In this document: one piece after another, positions 8,102 through 18,602 of the stretch
Numbering within the stretch: the first letter of the stretch is position 1
How the letters are laid out: the number at the start of each line of letters is the position of its first letter
IMG/VR virus record: IMGVR_UViG_3300042691_053984
Span: 32,001-96,000 of that record
Length of the DNA stretch: 64,000 nucleotides
Strand: one strand, 5' to 3'
Origin: a virus
The notes under the pieces: generated by a model
Told to the model about the DNA's origin: nothing
The model's input: only the letters and a program-made list of their open reading frames with translations
Databases searched by the model: none
Program-made: the position numbers and the translations under genes

Positions 8102-11100
8102 TCAATATCTTTTTAGGATTCCTGATAGTTGTTGTAGCAGCAGTACATCCCTGATTCTGCTTCTGTCTTCTTGACCCAAATACATTTCTGATCCAAGATA
8201 CTCTAGCTTGCTTCTTTCTAACATGTGAGATTCTATCGTAAAATTTGTGCCTTTAAATTGGGTCTTTCTTGGCACGAGTTGCTCGATGAATCTTCCAAAA
8301 GATTTGTCAAACCATCTAAAGAACTCAAAGAAGGACTGAAAATTTAATTTGTCTTTTATCCTGTTGAAGTAAACGTCTCTGAGTTTTTCAAGATCGGGAT
8401 AGTCCGGTGAATACAACAATTCCGGTGAGCCAATTGCGTTTTCTATTGCGTCAAATGTAGAGAACATAGTAACTATGTCTCTGTTTAGGGCATCAATGAG
8501 TGAAAACTCTATTGACATCCTCGTGTCATCTGTCGGACGTTCACTTTTTGTTATTTCGTGGACAGGTCCCAACTGAGACCATGGATTTTCCTGTACGAGT
8601 CCAAAATCTTCATATCCTCTCACTCTGATCTTTTCATCAGTTGCTGCTTCGTCAAAATACGGTGAAAGGTGACTGTAGTCAAAGATTTCTCCCACAAAAC
8701 TCTTCGTTGAACTCGGAAGTCCAGTACCGGACAGGTGTAAGTCATTTTGACTGAAATCAAGCACTGTTAATTGTCCATTTGAACTTGCGGTCCTTGACTC
8801 CTGTTTCATCATTGAATCTATTCTGACCTTTTCAAACGAACCCTCCCTGGTTGAAACGAAGTTGTAGTTCACGAGCGGATCTTGCACACCCAACGACTTG
8901 TAATTACGTGTGTGCTCTGTGAACTCAGATAACGTCAATCCCTTTGACCAAAACCTAACATTTGACGACTGTCCGTTAAACAAGGTTGTTCGTGCATCAC
9001 TTGGTACATTTGCTGTATCGTTTAGATGCCTTGATACAATTGAGAACGCCTGATTCTCTCCCATTGAGATGAAATTTTGCATGTTTGTTGAATTTTTTTC
9101 CCTTAATACGTTAATTTCACCTGTGGGATTTTCGTGAAACCAAGAACTAGTGGACGATATCCAAGCTATGTCTCCATCATTTTGGGAGGCAGCCATCAAA
9201 AAATAGGAAGACGAGTTAATAGAGTCAACAGAGTCATTCCTGTTGCAACCAAAAACAACGTTCCATCTTTCGTTGTCATAAAAAGAACTTTTGGGCAGGT
9301 CAAGCTGTAATCCTAATAAAGGAGATGAAGCTGAGTCACCTGTCCTTAAGTACAATTTAAGATAATTTCTATCTGCCAGCCTATCAAACACTAACAACAA
9401 ATTTGCAACAAGATTTGGTTCTAGAGTTCCAACAAAGCTCCACGGATGTTGTTCGCTTATGTCAAAGTTGCACAACCTCACAAGGCTTTGAACCTCAGAT
9501 GAAGGTTGTTGTCTATATTTGAATATTCCCTCTATTGACCAAGAACCTGACGTAAAAAGTCCATCATTTGGATTGTTTGAAATTCCATACGGTGGAAACA
9601 ATTCAGTGTTGACCATGTCACCAGAGATATTAGGAAAGCCTGGTTCTGTCCTTGATCCTGACAAAAACGGACTTAGCACCAGTGATCCGGATGAAAACTG
9701 CAACATCACTCCACTGTCTATTCTTTTTTCTCTTGCGAAAGAAATTGCCTTTGTTGTGGGACCTCCAAATTCTCTAATCCTCAGAGAATTATTTGGATCT
9801 ACCCCGATTGATCTCAGGAAAGATTTTATTGCGTGTTGAGTTCCCTTAGAACGAATTACTTCAGGCATATTTATGAGAATGCGTCTCATGATTTCATTTT
9901 GAACTTCACGCAGACTCAATGTGGAAGTTGAAATGTTTGAATCGATGTTTTCTCCATCTACGTATTGCTCTATGGTTGAGTTGTTGAAAAACGAAGGTAG
10001 ATAGACACCCCATGAACTCACCAAATCAGACAAAAAGTTGTCAGGTGCGCTATCAAATTTGTTGTAATCAACGTGTTTGATAGTACTAAATGCGTCCACA
10101 TACAACTTAATCTCATCAAAAAATTTGGACCAAATGTACAAAAATGACATAATAACTTGTGCAGATGTCATTTTCCCTTGTCTTGGTAATCCTGATCCAC
10201 CATAAAATTCTTTTGTGTCAGCAGCAAGAGGGGCTTCAATATTTTCAACAATTGAAGCTTCCTCAAAATAATGCTGAGGAATCAATCTTGTGATTATGTT
10301 TGGATTTTCTTGATCATACGCTGATGCACTTGATATTAAGTCTTCATTTAATGAAGTGACTCCAAGATATGCAGGAAACAGGATTGGTGAAAACAGTTTG
10401 TTTTCATATATCATCGGATTTTCATCTGATTCTTCAGCGTTTAGCCTCAATGGCCCTAAAAAATTTTGTATTAGACCGTGTAAAGAATTACCGGAAGAGT
10501 CAAGTACTATTGAGTTTATTTGATCATTCTCGTACTGAGTTAGAGGCGGAGGTGGTTCATTGAACTTGTAATACAATTTTAAATCTGGCGATGCAAACAC
10601 CGACTTCTTTGCATATGATTTTTGTTGTTGTATCGAACGAATTGAATGAAAGACCCTCAACTCATCAAGACTGCCGCTAAAGGTCTGCACGGGTTCATAG
10701 ATGGAACCATCCACCTTTGTTGAGCTACCCGAACCTATCGTTATGTCGGCATCTCTTAAGTCTAGATCGTGCATTGAATATGAGTGCTTAGAACTATTCA
10801 CAAGCGCTTCATTTACGAATAGGTCAAGTTTACCAAGTGATTTTTCTCTGTCCCAAACTGCACAAATGTGACTAAATTTGTTCTTGGAAATTGGAGCCTT
10901 AACATTTAAAGACACACTTCCAGAAACTACGGCAAACATCAATTCGCTTTCATTACTCGAATATCCACTGTCAATGTAAATGCCTATGTTAGATGTGTCA
11001 TCTCTTCTTTTCTGAAAGATAACTTGTTTTCCGCCTAATACATTTGATGGAAATACCTGAGCCTCAAAACTGATTGACGTTCCCTTTGGACTGATTATTG

Positions 11101-11596
11101 ATTCTCCGGTATTGTTTTTTGAAATTTCTGGGAACAAAGATCCTGCATAGTCTTTTGTTTTTATCCATGTTCCAAGTTCTTCGTCAAATCCATTGCTTGG
11201 TGTTTCGTTTATCAACGTTCCTGAAAACGCAAGATAACCCCTAAATTTTGGAAATTGATCAAACACCCACTTTTCAAATCCTGTTAGGTTTTCAAAAAAC
11301 CTTTCAACTTCTACTTTGCTTCCATCAAACGGATAAGAGTTAATAATCTGATCAAACGCAATGTTGACTTTTGTCTCGGCAGAAGAAAAGAAGGTATGAT
11401 TTTCAAATTTAGACCAATCTACATTGAGTTGCTGAGTGCTTTTTAGCGGGAAATTACCTGGTTCGTATTTAAATGACGCCGTGCTTGCGATGTTTGTATT
11501 TTTCACTTGAGAAAAATTCAACTGAAGAGGTCTTGAATCCTCAAGAGTTGATTTTAAAAATGATGGAATGTACTTTTTGAACATGAAATTTCTCAA
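8102..11596 (-). CDS. Large virion/baseplate-associated protein with LamG-like (ConA-like) domain(s)
   Basis: FSHICAVWD...LDLFVNE...FSGSLDELRVF LamG signature; DSAPDNFLSDLVSSWG resembles tail-protein-I-like segments; baseplate context. Confidence 0.7.
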   Translation of the reverse strand: MRNFMFKKYIPSFLKSTLEDSRPLQLNFSQVKNTNIASTASFKYEPGNFPLKSTQQLNVDWSKFENHTFFSSAETKVNIAFDQIINSYPFDGSKVEVERFFENLTGFEKWVFDQFPKFRGYLAFSGTLINETPSNGFDEELGTWIKTKDYAGSLFPEISKNNTGESIISPKGTSISFEAQVFPSNVLGGKQVIFQKRRDDTSNIGIYIDSGYSSNESELMFAVVSGSVSLNVKAPISKNKFSHICAVWDREKSLGKLDLFVNEALVNSSKHSYSMHDLDLRDADITIGSGSSTKVDGSIYEPVQTFSGSLDELRVFHSIRSIQQQKSYAKKSVFASPDLKLYYKFNEPPPPLTQYENDQINSIVLDSSGNSLHGLIQNFLGPLRLNAEESDENPMIYENKLFSPILFPAYLGVTSLNEDLISSASAYDQENPNIITRLIPQHYFEEASIVENIEAPLAADTKEFYGGSGLPRQGKMTSAQVIMSFLYIWSKFFDEIKLYVDAFSTIKHVDYNKFDSAPDNFLSDLVSSWGVYLPSFFNNSTIEQYVDGENIDSNISTSTLSLREVQNEIMRRILINMPEVIRSKGTQHAIKSFLRSIGVDPNNSLRIREFGGPTTKAISFAREKRIDSGVMLQFSSGSLVLSPFLSGSRTEPGFPNISGDMVNTELFPPYGISNNPNDGLFTSGSWSIEGIFKYRQQPSSEVQSLVRLCNFDISEQHPWSFVGTLEPNLVANLLLVFDRLADRNYLKLYLRTGDSASSPLLGLQLDLPKSSFYDNERWNVVFGCNRNDSVDSINSSSYFLMAASQNDGDIAWISSTSSWFHENPTGEINVLREKNSTNMQNFISMGENQAFSIVSRHLNDTANVPSDARTTLFNGQSSNVRFWSKGLTLSEFTEHTRNYKSLGVQDPLVNYNFVSTREGSFEKVRIDSMMKQESRTASSNGQLTVLDFSQNDLHLSGTGLPSSTKSFVGEIFDYSHLSPYFDEAATDEKIRVRGYEDFGLVQENPWSQLGPVHEITKSERPTDDTRMSIEFSLIDALNRDIVTMFSTFDAIENAIGSPELLYSPDYPDLEKLRDVYFNRIKDKLNFQSFFEFFRWFDKSFGRFIEQLVPRKTQFKGTNFTIESHMLERSKLEYLGSEMYLGQEDRSRIRDVLLLQQLSGILKRY

Positions 11597-13092
11597 GTTT
11601 TGTTGATTTTAAACACAGATGATGTGTTTTTGTAAATTTGCTTTTCATTCCCAACTATTAACATTACATCTATTACATAGGATTTTGTAGCAATAAGGTT
11701 TGACGCGTCAAGTTCAAAAAACATGGTGTTTAGGTCACTTGACAATCTCGTTGAACCCTTTTCATAATCAAAGGGAATGATTGCATAATCTGCATTGACG
11801 TCTCTAACGCTGTAAAATGCGTCAGTGACTAATCCTTGGAGATTTCCTAAAGAATTTACGGGAATTTTCTTGCTTTTCACAAATGGAGATTCATTGTCAA
11901 AGATGTTAACTTTGGTTACCACTTTTTCAAATGGTTCAATAAGATCTTTGAGGCCATAGGTGGATACCGTAAATCTCTTTGGCGCAAGATAATTTCCTGC
12001 AACATAAGAAGGATGTACCGTAATCGTAGATCCCGTGACAAAAACCTTGTTGCCATCAAGAGAAGTCCAGATAGGTGTAAAAAGCACTTTTTGCGCATCA
12101 ACGCTTAGTGCGTTTTTTATATGTACGTTATCAGAGGGAAGCAATATTGATGCAGAATACATTCCAGGAGTTTGAAAACTTCCTAAGTGATGCTGACTTC
12201 CGGTAAATATGAATTGCTCAACACCACCAGAAATAGGTAATTTTAAGATTAAGGCTATGCAGTTAGATCCCGTTAATTCATTAGAGTTTTGCGATAAATT
12301 ACGAGGTACACCTTTGTCATAATTAAATAAAAAGGAAGTGACCCTAGAATCAAATGTCATCCCCTGAGTAGTATCTTGTATTGAATCGTCGAATCCAACG
12401 ATAAGTTGAGGACGCTTTGTTTGATCGAAGGCATGTCGTGACGCAAATCTTTTTACGAAATACGTTCGCTGATCTTCTTCTTCTGATTGTGAAAAAGAAA
12501 TTCGAAATCCTGAATCTGGAATTTGTCCTGCAAGAACACCTGATAGCACCGGCGTGATATCAACATTAATGTCTTCTTCACCAGTCAAAAAGTATTGAGT
12601 TTCTTCAAGAGAACCTGTAAAAAAGTCACAAACAGTTCCCAATGAACCTGAATTATTACAACCGGGTGAAATCCACTTAGTTCCACCTAGGGATGCTGTA
12701 AAAAAATTTGATACATCAAGATCTGCGTAAAAAGTAACGTCTCTTCCGTGTCCTTCTTCAAAAGACTTTGACAAAGGGGAGACGATCAGGTTGAATTTAT
12801 TTGGCGTAGGTTGTCCTCCATATACGTCAAATAATTTTAAGTGTGCAAAGAAACTGGGATGGGTTGGGTCAATTTTACCTTTTTCAAATAAATTTTTTGC
12901 TTCACTGATATCGAAATGAATCAATCCTCTCGATAATTCAATGTTAGGAGAATCTCCTTCAAACGTAGCACCGTAAATCTTGAAAAGATCTATAGTTCCT
13001 GCGTTGCCTACGTTTGAATTGTAGGTCCTGATGCCGTTTATGACACGATTGGTTACGTAAGTGTCCTTATCTGACTTGAATATCTTGTACAT
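11593..13092 (-). CDS. Probable virion structural protein
   Basis: KDTY...SRGLIHFD...HLKLF...PLSKSFEEG pattern resembling DNRLRE-type beta-sandwich domains; coupled to baseplate genes. Confidence 0.55.
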   Translation of the reverse strand: MYKIFKSDKDTYVTNRVINGIRTYNSNVGNAGTIDLFKIYGATFEGDSPNIELSRGLIHFDISEAKNLFEKGKIDPTHPSFFAHLKLFDVYGGQPTPNKFNLIVSPLSKSFEEGHGRDVTFYADLDVSNFFTASLGGTKWISPGCNNSGSLGTVCDFFTGSLEETQYFLTGEEDINVDITPVLSGVLAGQIPDSGFRISFSQSEEEDQRTYFVKRFASRHAFDQTKRPQLIVGFDDSIQDTTQGMTFDSRVTSFLFNYDKGVPRNLSQNSNELTGSNCIALILKLPISGGVEQFIFTGSQHHLGSFQTPGMYSASILLPSDNVHIKNALSVDAQKVLFTPIWTSLDGNKVFVTGSTITVHPSYVAGNYLAPKRFTVSTYGLKDLIEPFEKVVTKVNIFDNESPFVKSKKIPVNSLGNLQGLVTDAFYSVRDVNADYAIIPFDYEKGSTRLSSDLNTMFFELDASNLIATKSYVIDVMLIVGNEKQIYKNTSSVFKINKT

Positions 13093-14933
13093 TAAATCAC
13101 CCTTCCGATGATATCAACTTCAGGATATCGAAATTCAAAGATTCCACCTGGGGGTGGAATGATTATTCCCTTTCTCGTGTTTTCACTTACATTAAATGAT
13201 GAGGAACTATATTGTCTATTACTGACGTTATTGCGGATGTTTCTAAATTCAACTGTTTCAATTGAAATTATTCCGCTGACCGCAGCAATAGCTCTAAGAA
13301 CGTCTGAGACTATGATGGGTTGGTCTATCTGAAAGTTTTTTATGTTCATCATTTCCTGCAATCTTACTAGAACCTGTTGTATGACAATGTTTTTATTGAG
13401 AGCAGGATCTAACACAACATCAAATTGACACGTTAGGTTTATCACCCTTGCGTCAAGTACGTCAATTGCGTCAGATATTAACCTGTAAGGATTTAAAAAT
13501 TTTTGAAGATTTTGTTTCAAAGTGTCAGGTGAAGTTATCAATCTTTGTTCTGGGTCTCTGGATATGATAAACAATTGAGTTGCAAGTGGGTTGTTTGCAT
13601 TGGATCTAACGGCGGCCCTAAACACTCTTCCAAAATTAGATGGTAACGAATACACCCTGGCTAGCAAGTCTTCACGTGTGACGATTCTGTCTTGTGAATT
13701 TTTGATAGACGGAATCAGACTTCTTAGATCGTTAACTGTTGGTGAATCCTCACCGCCGGAGGCATTTGAAGAATTTGACACAGATAGTGATGCTCTCACC
13801 CTTTCTGCAATGATTGCAGTTGGATTTTCTGGGAAACTTGCTATGAGTGATGATACCACAGATACTGACCCTGCTCGTACATTATGCGATAGTCCACCAC
13901 CGTATCGATATGTCACCGTAATGTTTGTGTTATTTGCAATGACACCAAGTGTTTTGGTTTGAAGTAGCTGTTGTGGGTTAACAGATATTCTTGAAAATGT
14001 TTTTGTATGAGGAAAAGAAATGGCAAATTCAGAAGGATCGGGTATTACGTCATCCTCTAACGTGTCAGCTGACCCACCTCCAAATGTTAGTGTTGTTTTT
14101 CTGCTTCCAAGTTCAGTATTTGCAATGAATCGATATGGAGCAGGAATTACCCTCAAGGTATCTTTGACAAGATCACTATCACCAGCAGTGTTTAAAACAT
14201 TTTTATAAACAACGTCATGAGTTAATGACTTCACTTGATGATACGTATTTCCAAATCCGTCGACTACATTGATGATGTCAGTAACGTTTGCATTTGATAA
14301 CGTGAATTCCCTGAATGGGATGAAACTGCTGCCAACGGAAAATAGTTCAGTTGTTTCGTTTCCGGAGATGCAGGTACCGCGTGCAGTCAATATAAATGAC
14401 CTTGCTGTTCCATCAGAATTTCTATTACCGATTTTTATGGTCGCATAATAACTGCCATCACTTCTTTTTTTTGCAAAATCTACGTCATCCATCAGGTTAA
14501 ACTTAGTTCCCGTGTCTGATTCAAACACACTTCCCATTTCAATAATTGGAAATGCCTCTGAATTTGGAACCACCTGACCTCCGACTTTTATGGCAGGCAC
14601 CTCTATGTAAAGATTGACCGCGACCAGCGCTGGTGCGGCCCCAACTATGGGAACACCGGCGTCTCTGAGGTGTCTTTGTATGTTTGACGTCTCAACCGCA
14701 ACGTCGGGTATTGTTTCACCATACTGGTGGTCTAGATAGAACGACATGTTGTCACCTACGTAGGCCGCCATGTCCAAAAACAATCCACCCAACGAGGATT
14801 CAGAAAAATCTCTCAGGCGATCAGGATAGTAGTTCCTTGCATATTCAAGTATTTGACTACGCAAAGAGTCAAAGTCCTTTGCAAGGTACTTTCTTTGCCT
14901 GATATTTTTTAATTCATCTGTTTTAAGAGACAT
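13092..14933 (-). CDS. Baseplate wedge protein (T4 gp6 / baseplate J-like)
   Basis: YLAKDFDSLR...DFSESSLGGLFLDMAAYVGD..SFYLD; SGGED...SQDRIVTREDL. Confidence 0.9.
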   Translation of the reverse strand: MSLKTDELKNIRQRKYLAKDFDSLRSQILEYARNYYPDRLRDFSESSLGGLFLDMAAYVGDNMSFYLDHQYGETIPDVAVETSNIQRHLRDAGVPIVGAAPALVAVNLYIEVPAIKVGGQVVPNSEAFPIIEMGSVFESDTGTKFNLMDDVDFAKKRSDGSYYATIKIGNRNSDGTARSFILTARGTCISGNETTELFSVGSSFIPFREFTLSNANVTDIINVVDGFGNTYHQVKSLTHDVVYKNVLNTAGDSDLVKDTLRVIPAPYRFIANTELGSRKTTLTFGGGSADTLEDDVIPDPSEFAISFPHTKTFSRISVNPQQLLQTKTLGVIANNTNITVTYRYGGGLSHNVRAGSVSVVSSLIASFPENPTAIIAERVRASLSVSNSSNASGGEDSPTVNDLRSLIPSIKNSQDRIVTREDLLARVYSLPSNFGRVFRAAVRSNANNPLATQLFIISRDPEQRLITSPDTLKQNLQKFLNPYRLISDAIDVLDARVINLTCQFDVVLDPALNKNIVIQQVLVRLQEMMNIKNFQIDQPIIVSDVLRAIAAVSGIISIETVEFRNIRNNVSNRQYSSSSFNVSENTRKGIIIPPPGGIFEFRYPEVDIIGRVI

Positions 14934-14961
14934 ATTTCACCATCTGTAAGTATGTAATGAA

Positions 14962-15432
14962 TTACATGGCATTTAGGTTTATTTGCAACATCTTGTTTTT
15001 TACACCAAGAGAAGGCACGTTATACGTGATTTTGATGTAAATCCTTGCAAGTGACCGATTGTCGATCTTTGTAGAGTCAGAAAGATAGTTTTCCAATGAA
15101 ACAAATGGCATCCACTTTTTCACCGCCGAATTTATCCTATCTATCGCAGCGGTGTCAAAGTCGTCCTGTGAAACAAGTTCAGAAAGAAGTGGTTTTAGGT
15201 TTGCTCCAAATTCATAGATTCCCAACCTCTCACCCCAGTTTGTTAATATCAAATTTCTCAAGTTATCGTGAACAACGTCTGACAGTTTGTCATATGTCAC
15301 AAATATTTCACCGTCATTTTCATTGATCTGTAACGGTGTTTTAATACCAATCGGTACCGGACTTGATTCTATCCTTTCTACGACTTTTTGCTCAAAAGTC
15401 TTTCCGGTGCTTTTAAAACTATATGATCCCAT
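14962..15432 (-). CDS. Baseplate wedge subunit, gp25/GPW-like
   Basis: NLRNLILTNWGERL...FGANLKPLL.E; W.PFV.L. Confidence 0.9.
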   Translation of the reverse strand: MGSYSFKSTGKTFEQKVVERIESSPVPIGIKTPLQINENDGEIFVTYDKLSDVVHDNLRNLILTNWGERLGIYEFGANLKPLLSELVSQDDFDTAAIDRINSAVKKWMPFVSLENYLSDSTKIDNRSLARIYIKITYNVPSLGVKNKMLQINLNAM

Positions 15433-15460
15433 GACATTTATATATGGGGAATCTCAAATA

Positions 15461-17104
15461 TCAAGATACCTTTACTTTTAAAGACCCTCTTTGAATAAAA
15501 CCATGTGGAGGAATCATGGGAACAGTAAGACCTGCTAAACTGACAGGTTGACCTGCCTGGCTTAGGGCGACCATATTGGCATATATTATACTCATGAACT
15601 TTATGACATCGTCTGAAAGGTAGATTGGATCGCCTTCTCTTGCACAAGGAAAAGGTGAATCATCGCCGATAATGATCGGACCATCAGAGTCTATAATAAA
15701 ATCAGTGACTGACGCCAACCTCCCGGTTTTTTGTGAAGTCACAGTTAAAAATTCATTAGAATTTATTTCTACATTTGCACCTGAATTAATCGTTGTGTTT
15801 CCCGCAGAATTAATTGTCACATTTCCGCCACTATCAATCGTGATTGATGAATTTTTTGCTTTTATAGTGACGTGACCCGTGGATTTTGCCATTACCGTTG
15901 TCACAACAGATCCAGCGTCATCTTTGACCAAAATTTGTGCGTCTTTTCTTCCTATCACTCTGATTTTATCAGACTTCATTAAAACAACTGCATCTCCATT
16001 TGGATCGTCAGACACAGAAAATTGCTTGTTTATGTCAGAAATTTGAAGGTTTCCATCAACCTTGGTTCTCTGTGAGATCAACAGCCGACTCTTGTCATTT
16101 ATCCAGTCTGGATCTCCTTCGTCCTTGACTACTTCACGTTCACTTTTTCCAATCTCTTTCTTAAAATTAGATCCGTCTATCAACTTTGAATCGACAACTT
16201 TTCCTAACGTCCTTTCAGTCTGTCCTCTTCCTGCGACCATATCGATCGAACCTGCACTTTCTGCAAAGTCATTCGTGGTTTTTTGTGGCACCTTACCTCT
16301 GCCATCATCTGTTTCTGTCGTTGTTCCTATTGGTCCCAATCTATCTGTTCCCAGGACTATCAAGGTATTATTGCTTCCTTCTATTGCAATATCACCGGGT
16401 CTTTTTTTAAATCTTGGAACTGGTTCATATGTCATCAATTTTGATGCATCACTATTTTTCAATAAATTTTCGTAGAAAAACTCATCATCGGAGTCAACAA
16501 CTGAAGTGTCTATTGATGTTTTTGTCCCTTGATCGGTTTTTCTGGCTTGACCTACGCGGTATTCGTAGACCGCCTTATCTCTTTCGTTTGCAATGTCTTT
16601 TGTAGCGGGAAAGAAGCTTTGTTCGTATGCTCGTGGAGGATGTGTGTGATTGACGTCATCAACATGCTTGATCTCTGTGATCTTGGAAACCCAATATCCA
16701 ATTTCTTGATCTTGAAAAGTTTCAAACATTACCCACACATGCTCGCCCGGCTTGCAAGGCAATGCAATATGAGACGATAAAAATGGAAAAAGAAACATCG
16801 GATTTTCTACAGACGTTGCATTTATGTCATAAATTCTTTTTCCGATGATTGTATTTCTGGGCAGGACACGAGCAAGCTCAAGATTTGATACGTTAATTGA
16901 CGCCCAATACGCCTTTTTCTTTTCATAGGCTTCATCATTACCATTGAAAAACATCTCTGCGTCAGGAATCACGTCAATCACAACAAATCTATGAAAAATT
17001 ACGTTGTTTCCTGGTACTTCAACCTGTTGGTCGGTGAAATTCCGACCCATTGCAATTGTTTTTGCAAATTCTGAATTGTTGTATTTACCGAGAAACTTGC
17101 TCAT
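15461..17104 (-). CDS. Baseplate central spike/hub (gp5/VgrG-like)
   Basis: LPCKPGEHVWV OB-fold motif; PGDIAIEGSNN; C-terminal beta-helix TIDSGGNVTINSAGNTTINSG; AREGD. Confidence 0.75.
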   Translation of the reverse strand: MSKFLGKYNNSEFAKTIAMGRNFTDQQVEVPGNNVIFHRFVVIDVIPDAEMFFNGNDEAYEKKKAYWASINVSNLELARVLPRNTIIGKRIYDINATSVENPMFLFPFLSSHIALPCKPGEHVWVMFETFQDQEIGYWVSKITEIKHVDDVNHTHPPRAYEQSFFPATKDIANERDKAVYEYRVGQARKTDQGTKTSIDTSVVDSDDEFFYENLLKNSDASKLMTYEPVPRFKKRPGDIAIEGSNNTLIVLGTDRLGPIGTTTETDDGRGKVPQKTTNDFAESAGSIDMVAGRGQTERTLGKVVDSKLIDGSNFKKEIGKSEREVVKDEGDPDWINDKSRLLISQRTKVDGNLQISDINKQFSVSDDPNGDAVVLMKSDKIRVIGRKDAQILVKDDAGSVVTTVMAKSTGHVTIKAKNSSITIDSGGNVTINSAGNTTINSGANVEINSNEFLTVTSQKTGRLASVTDFIIDSDGPIIIGDDSPFPCAREGDPIYLSDDVIKFMSIIYANMVALSQAGQPVSLAGLTVPMIPPHGFIQRGSLKVKVS

Positions 17105-17113
17105 AGCAACCTC

Positions 17114-17485
17114 TTATCTCTTGTTAATTTTGTCAAAAATGTCATCGACGTCAAGTTCTTCATTTTTTTTGTCGGCTTTGTCGATCAACTCCGCAAGTTT
17201 GATCAATTGATCATTTGCCTTACTCATTCTTTCAATGTACGTTGCCATTGTTTTTCCATGTACCGCGTGCTCTGAGCTTTTATCCTGAGATATCTTCACT
17301 AGTCTTGCAAACATTGCGTATGAATTTTGTCTGTCAGAAATTGCATTTTCGTATATTTCTGTCCACAATTGACGCTTCTTGTCGTTTAACGTCTCTATCT
17401 GTTTTAATAGACCACTAAAATCTTTGATTCTTTCTTCGACAGATTTATTGGAAATGCCAACGGTATCATCTTGACTTTCAGACAT
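17114..17485 (-). CDS. Conserved helical hypothetical protein
   Basis: ORF track; LW.EIYENA..DR...ERMSKANDQL; coupled to the sigma gene. Confidence 0.6.
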   Translation of the reverse strand: MSESQDDTVGISNKSVEERIKDFSGLLKQIETLNDKKRQLWTEIYENAISDRQNSYAMFARLVKISQDKSSEHAVHGKTMATYIERMSKANDQLIKLAELIDKADKKNEELDVDDIFDKINKR

Positions 17486-18303
17486 TATTCACTCCCAATT
17501 ATGTCAAATTCTGTTCCTACTTTGATTTTTTTATAATGTTTTTTGATAGTTTGCATTGTTGTTGTCAACAATTTGGGACTCAAACCAGACAGTTCTCTCA
17601 TATACAGTAATATTGCTCGCTTATTTAAAAGATCAATATCGTCTATGTTTTCAAAGATGGTTATGATTGAATTAATACACGAAAGCTCGTTTTCAGTTTT
17701 GATTTTTGATCTTATGTCGTGCAAAGTGTTAAGTATGTCATTTGATGCGTATCTAGACTCAAACAAAGAATCAACACCTGGAATTATGGATTGTTCTTCA
17801 ATTGACTTTAGTTCCAACGATGTTAATGAGTCCGGATCATCCAACGAGATTGAGCGCTTCACCTTTTGAAGTTTTTGTTTCGTCTTAGAAATGAGCCAAT
17901 TTTTTGCAACAACGTTGAAATAAGAGAATGCGTTTGTCCCGCGAGATCCATCAAATTTGTGTATTGTCTCAAAAAGGAAGTTGACACAGTCGCTTTTGAG
18001 GTCATCATAAGAATCGTGCATGCTAGAGAACTTGTGTATGTTGATCAAATTTTCTGCGAGTTTTTCAAACGCAGGCATTATCTCTTCCATGTAAAGTTTG
18101 TTTCTTTCTTTCTTTTCGTTTGTGAGCTGGTATGCTGTTATTGCAGCTTGTGTATTTTGGTTGAAATACATTTTTGTTAATTTTGCTGCTTTTTTTGCCT
18201 CTTCACTCAGGCGTTTCATTTCCTCTTGATATGCGGGCCCTGCTTTTGACTGCGTTTCATCTGAAGATTGTCGCCTCTTTAATTTTTTCCGTAATCCCAT
18301 CAC
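17485..18303 (-). CDS. Phage late sigma factor (gp55-like, region 2)
   Basis: MYFNQNTQAAI..Y; DLKSDCVNFLFETIHKFD...NAFSYFNVVAKN region-2 signature. Confidence 0.75.
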   Translation of the reverse strand: MMGLRKKLKRRQSSDETQSKAGPAYQEEMKRLSEEAKKAAKLTKMYFNQNTQAAITAYQLTNEKKERNKLYMEEIMPAFEKLAENLINIHKFSSMHDSYDDLKSDCVNFLFETIHKFDGSRGTNAFSYFNVVAKNWLISKTKQKLQKVKRSISLDDPDSLTSLELKSIEEQSIIPGVDSLFESRYASNDILNTLHDIRSKIKTENELSCINSIITIFENIDDIDLLNKRAILLYMRELSGLSPKLLTTTMQTIKKHYKKIKVGTEFDIIGSE

Positions 18304-18602
18304 TTCATTTCCTTCCCTATTTCATCTTGAAGCGGTTCAACCAACAGATTTGCAACCAACAAAACTGCATCACGTGACAATTGAATGTCGTCTAAAAGTT
18401 CTCTCACCACAGGTTCATCGCTTAATACTTCCAGTTTTGCCCTAATTGATGCACGATTGTAACACGCGTCAAGAACGTCAAGAGATTCTTCGATTTTATC
18501 AACAACATTTTCAAATCTCTCAGAAAATTCGAGGTTCTTTCTCACGCTTAACACGAGGAGAAATAACAAAATCGCGCAAAAAATAGACAAAAATATGATC
18601 AA
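18300..18602 (-). CDS. Hypothetical protein with N-terminal transmembrane helix
   Basis: MIIFLSIFCAILLFLLVLSV followed by a helical region. Confidence 0.6.
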   Translation of the reverse strand: MIIFLSIFCAILLFLLVLSVRKNLEFSERFENVVDKIEESLDVLDACYNRASIRAKLEVLSDEPVVRELLDDIQLSRDAVLLVANLLVEPLQDEIGKEMK

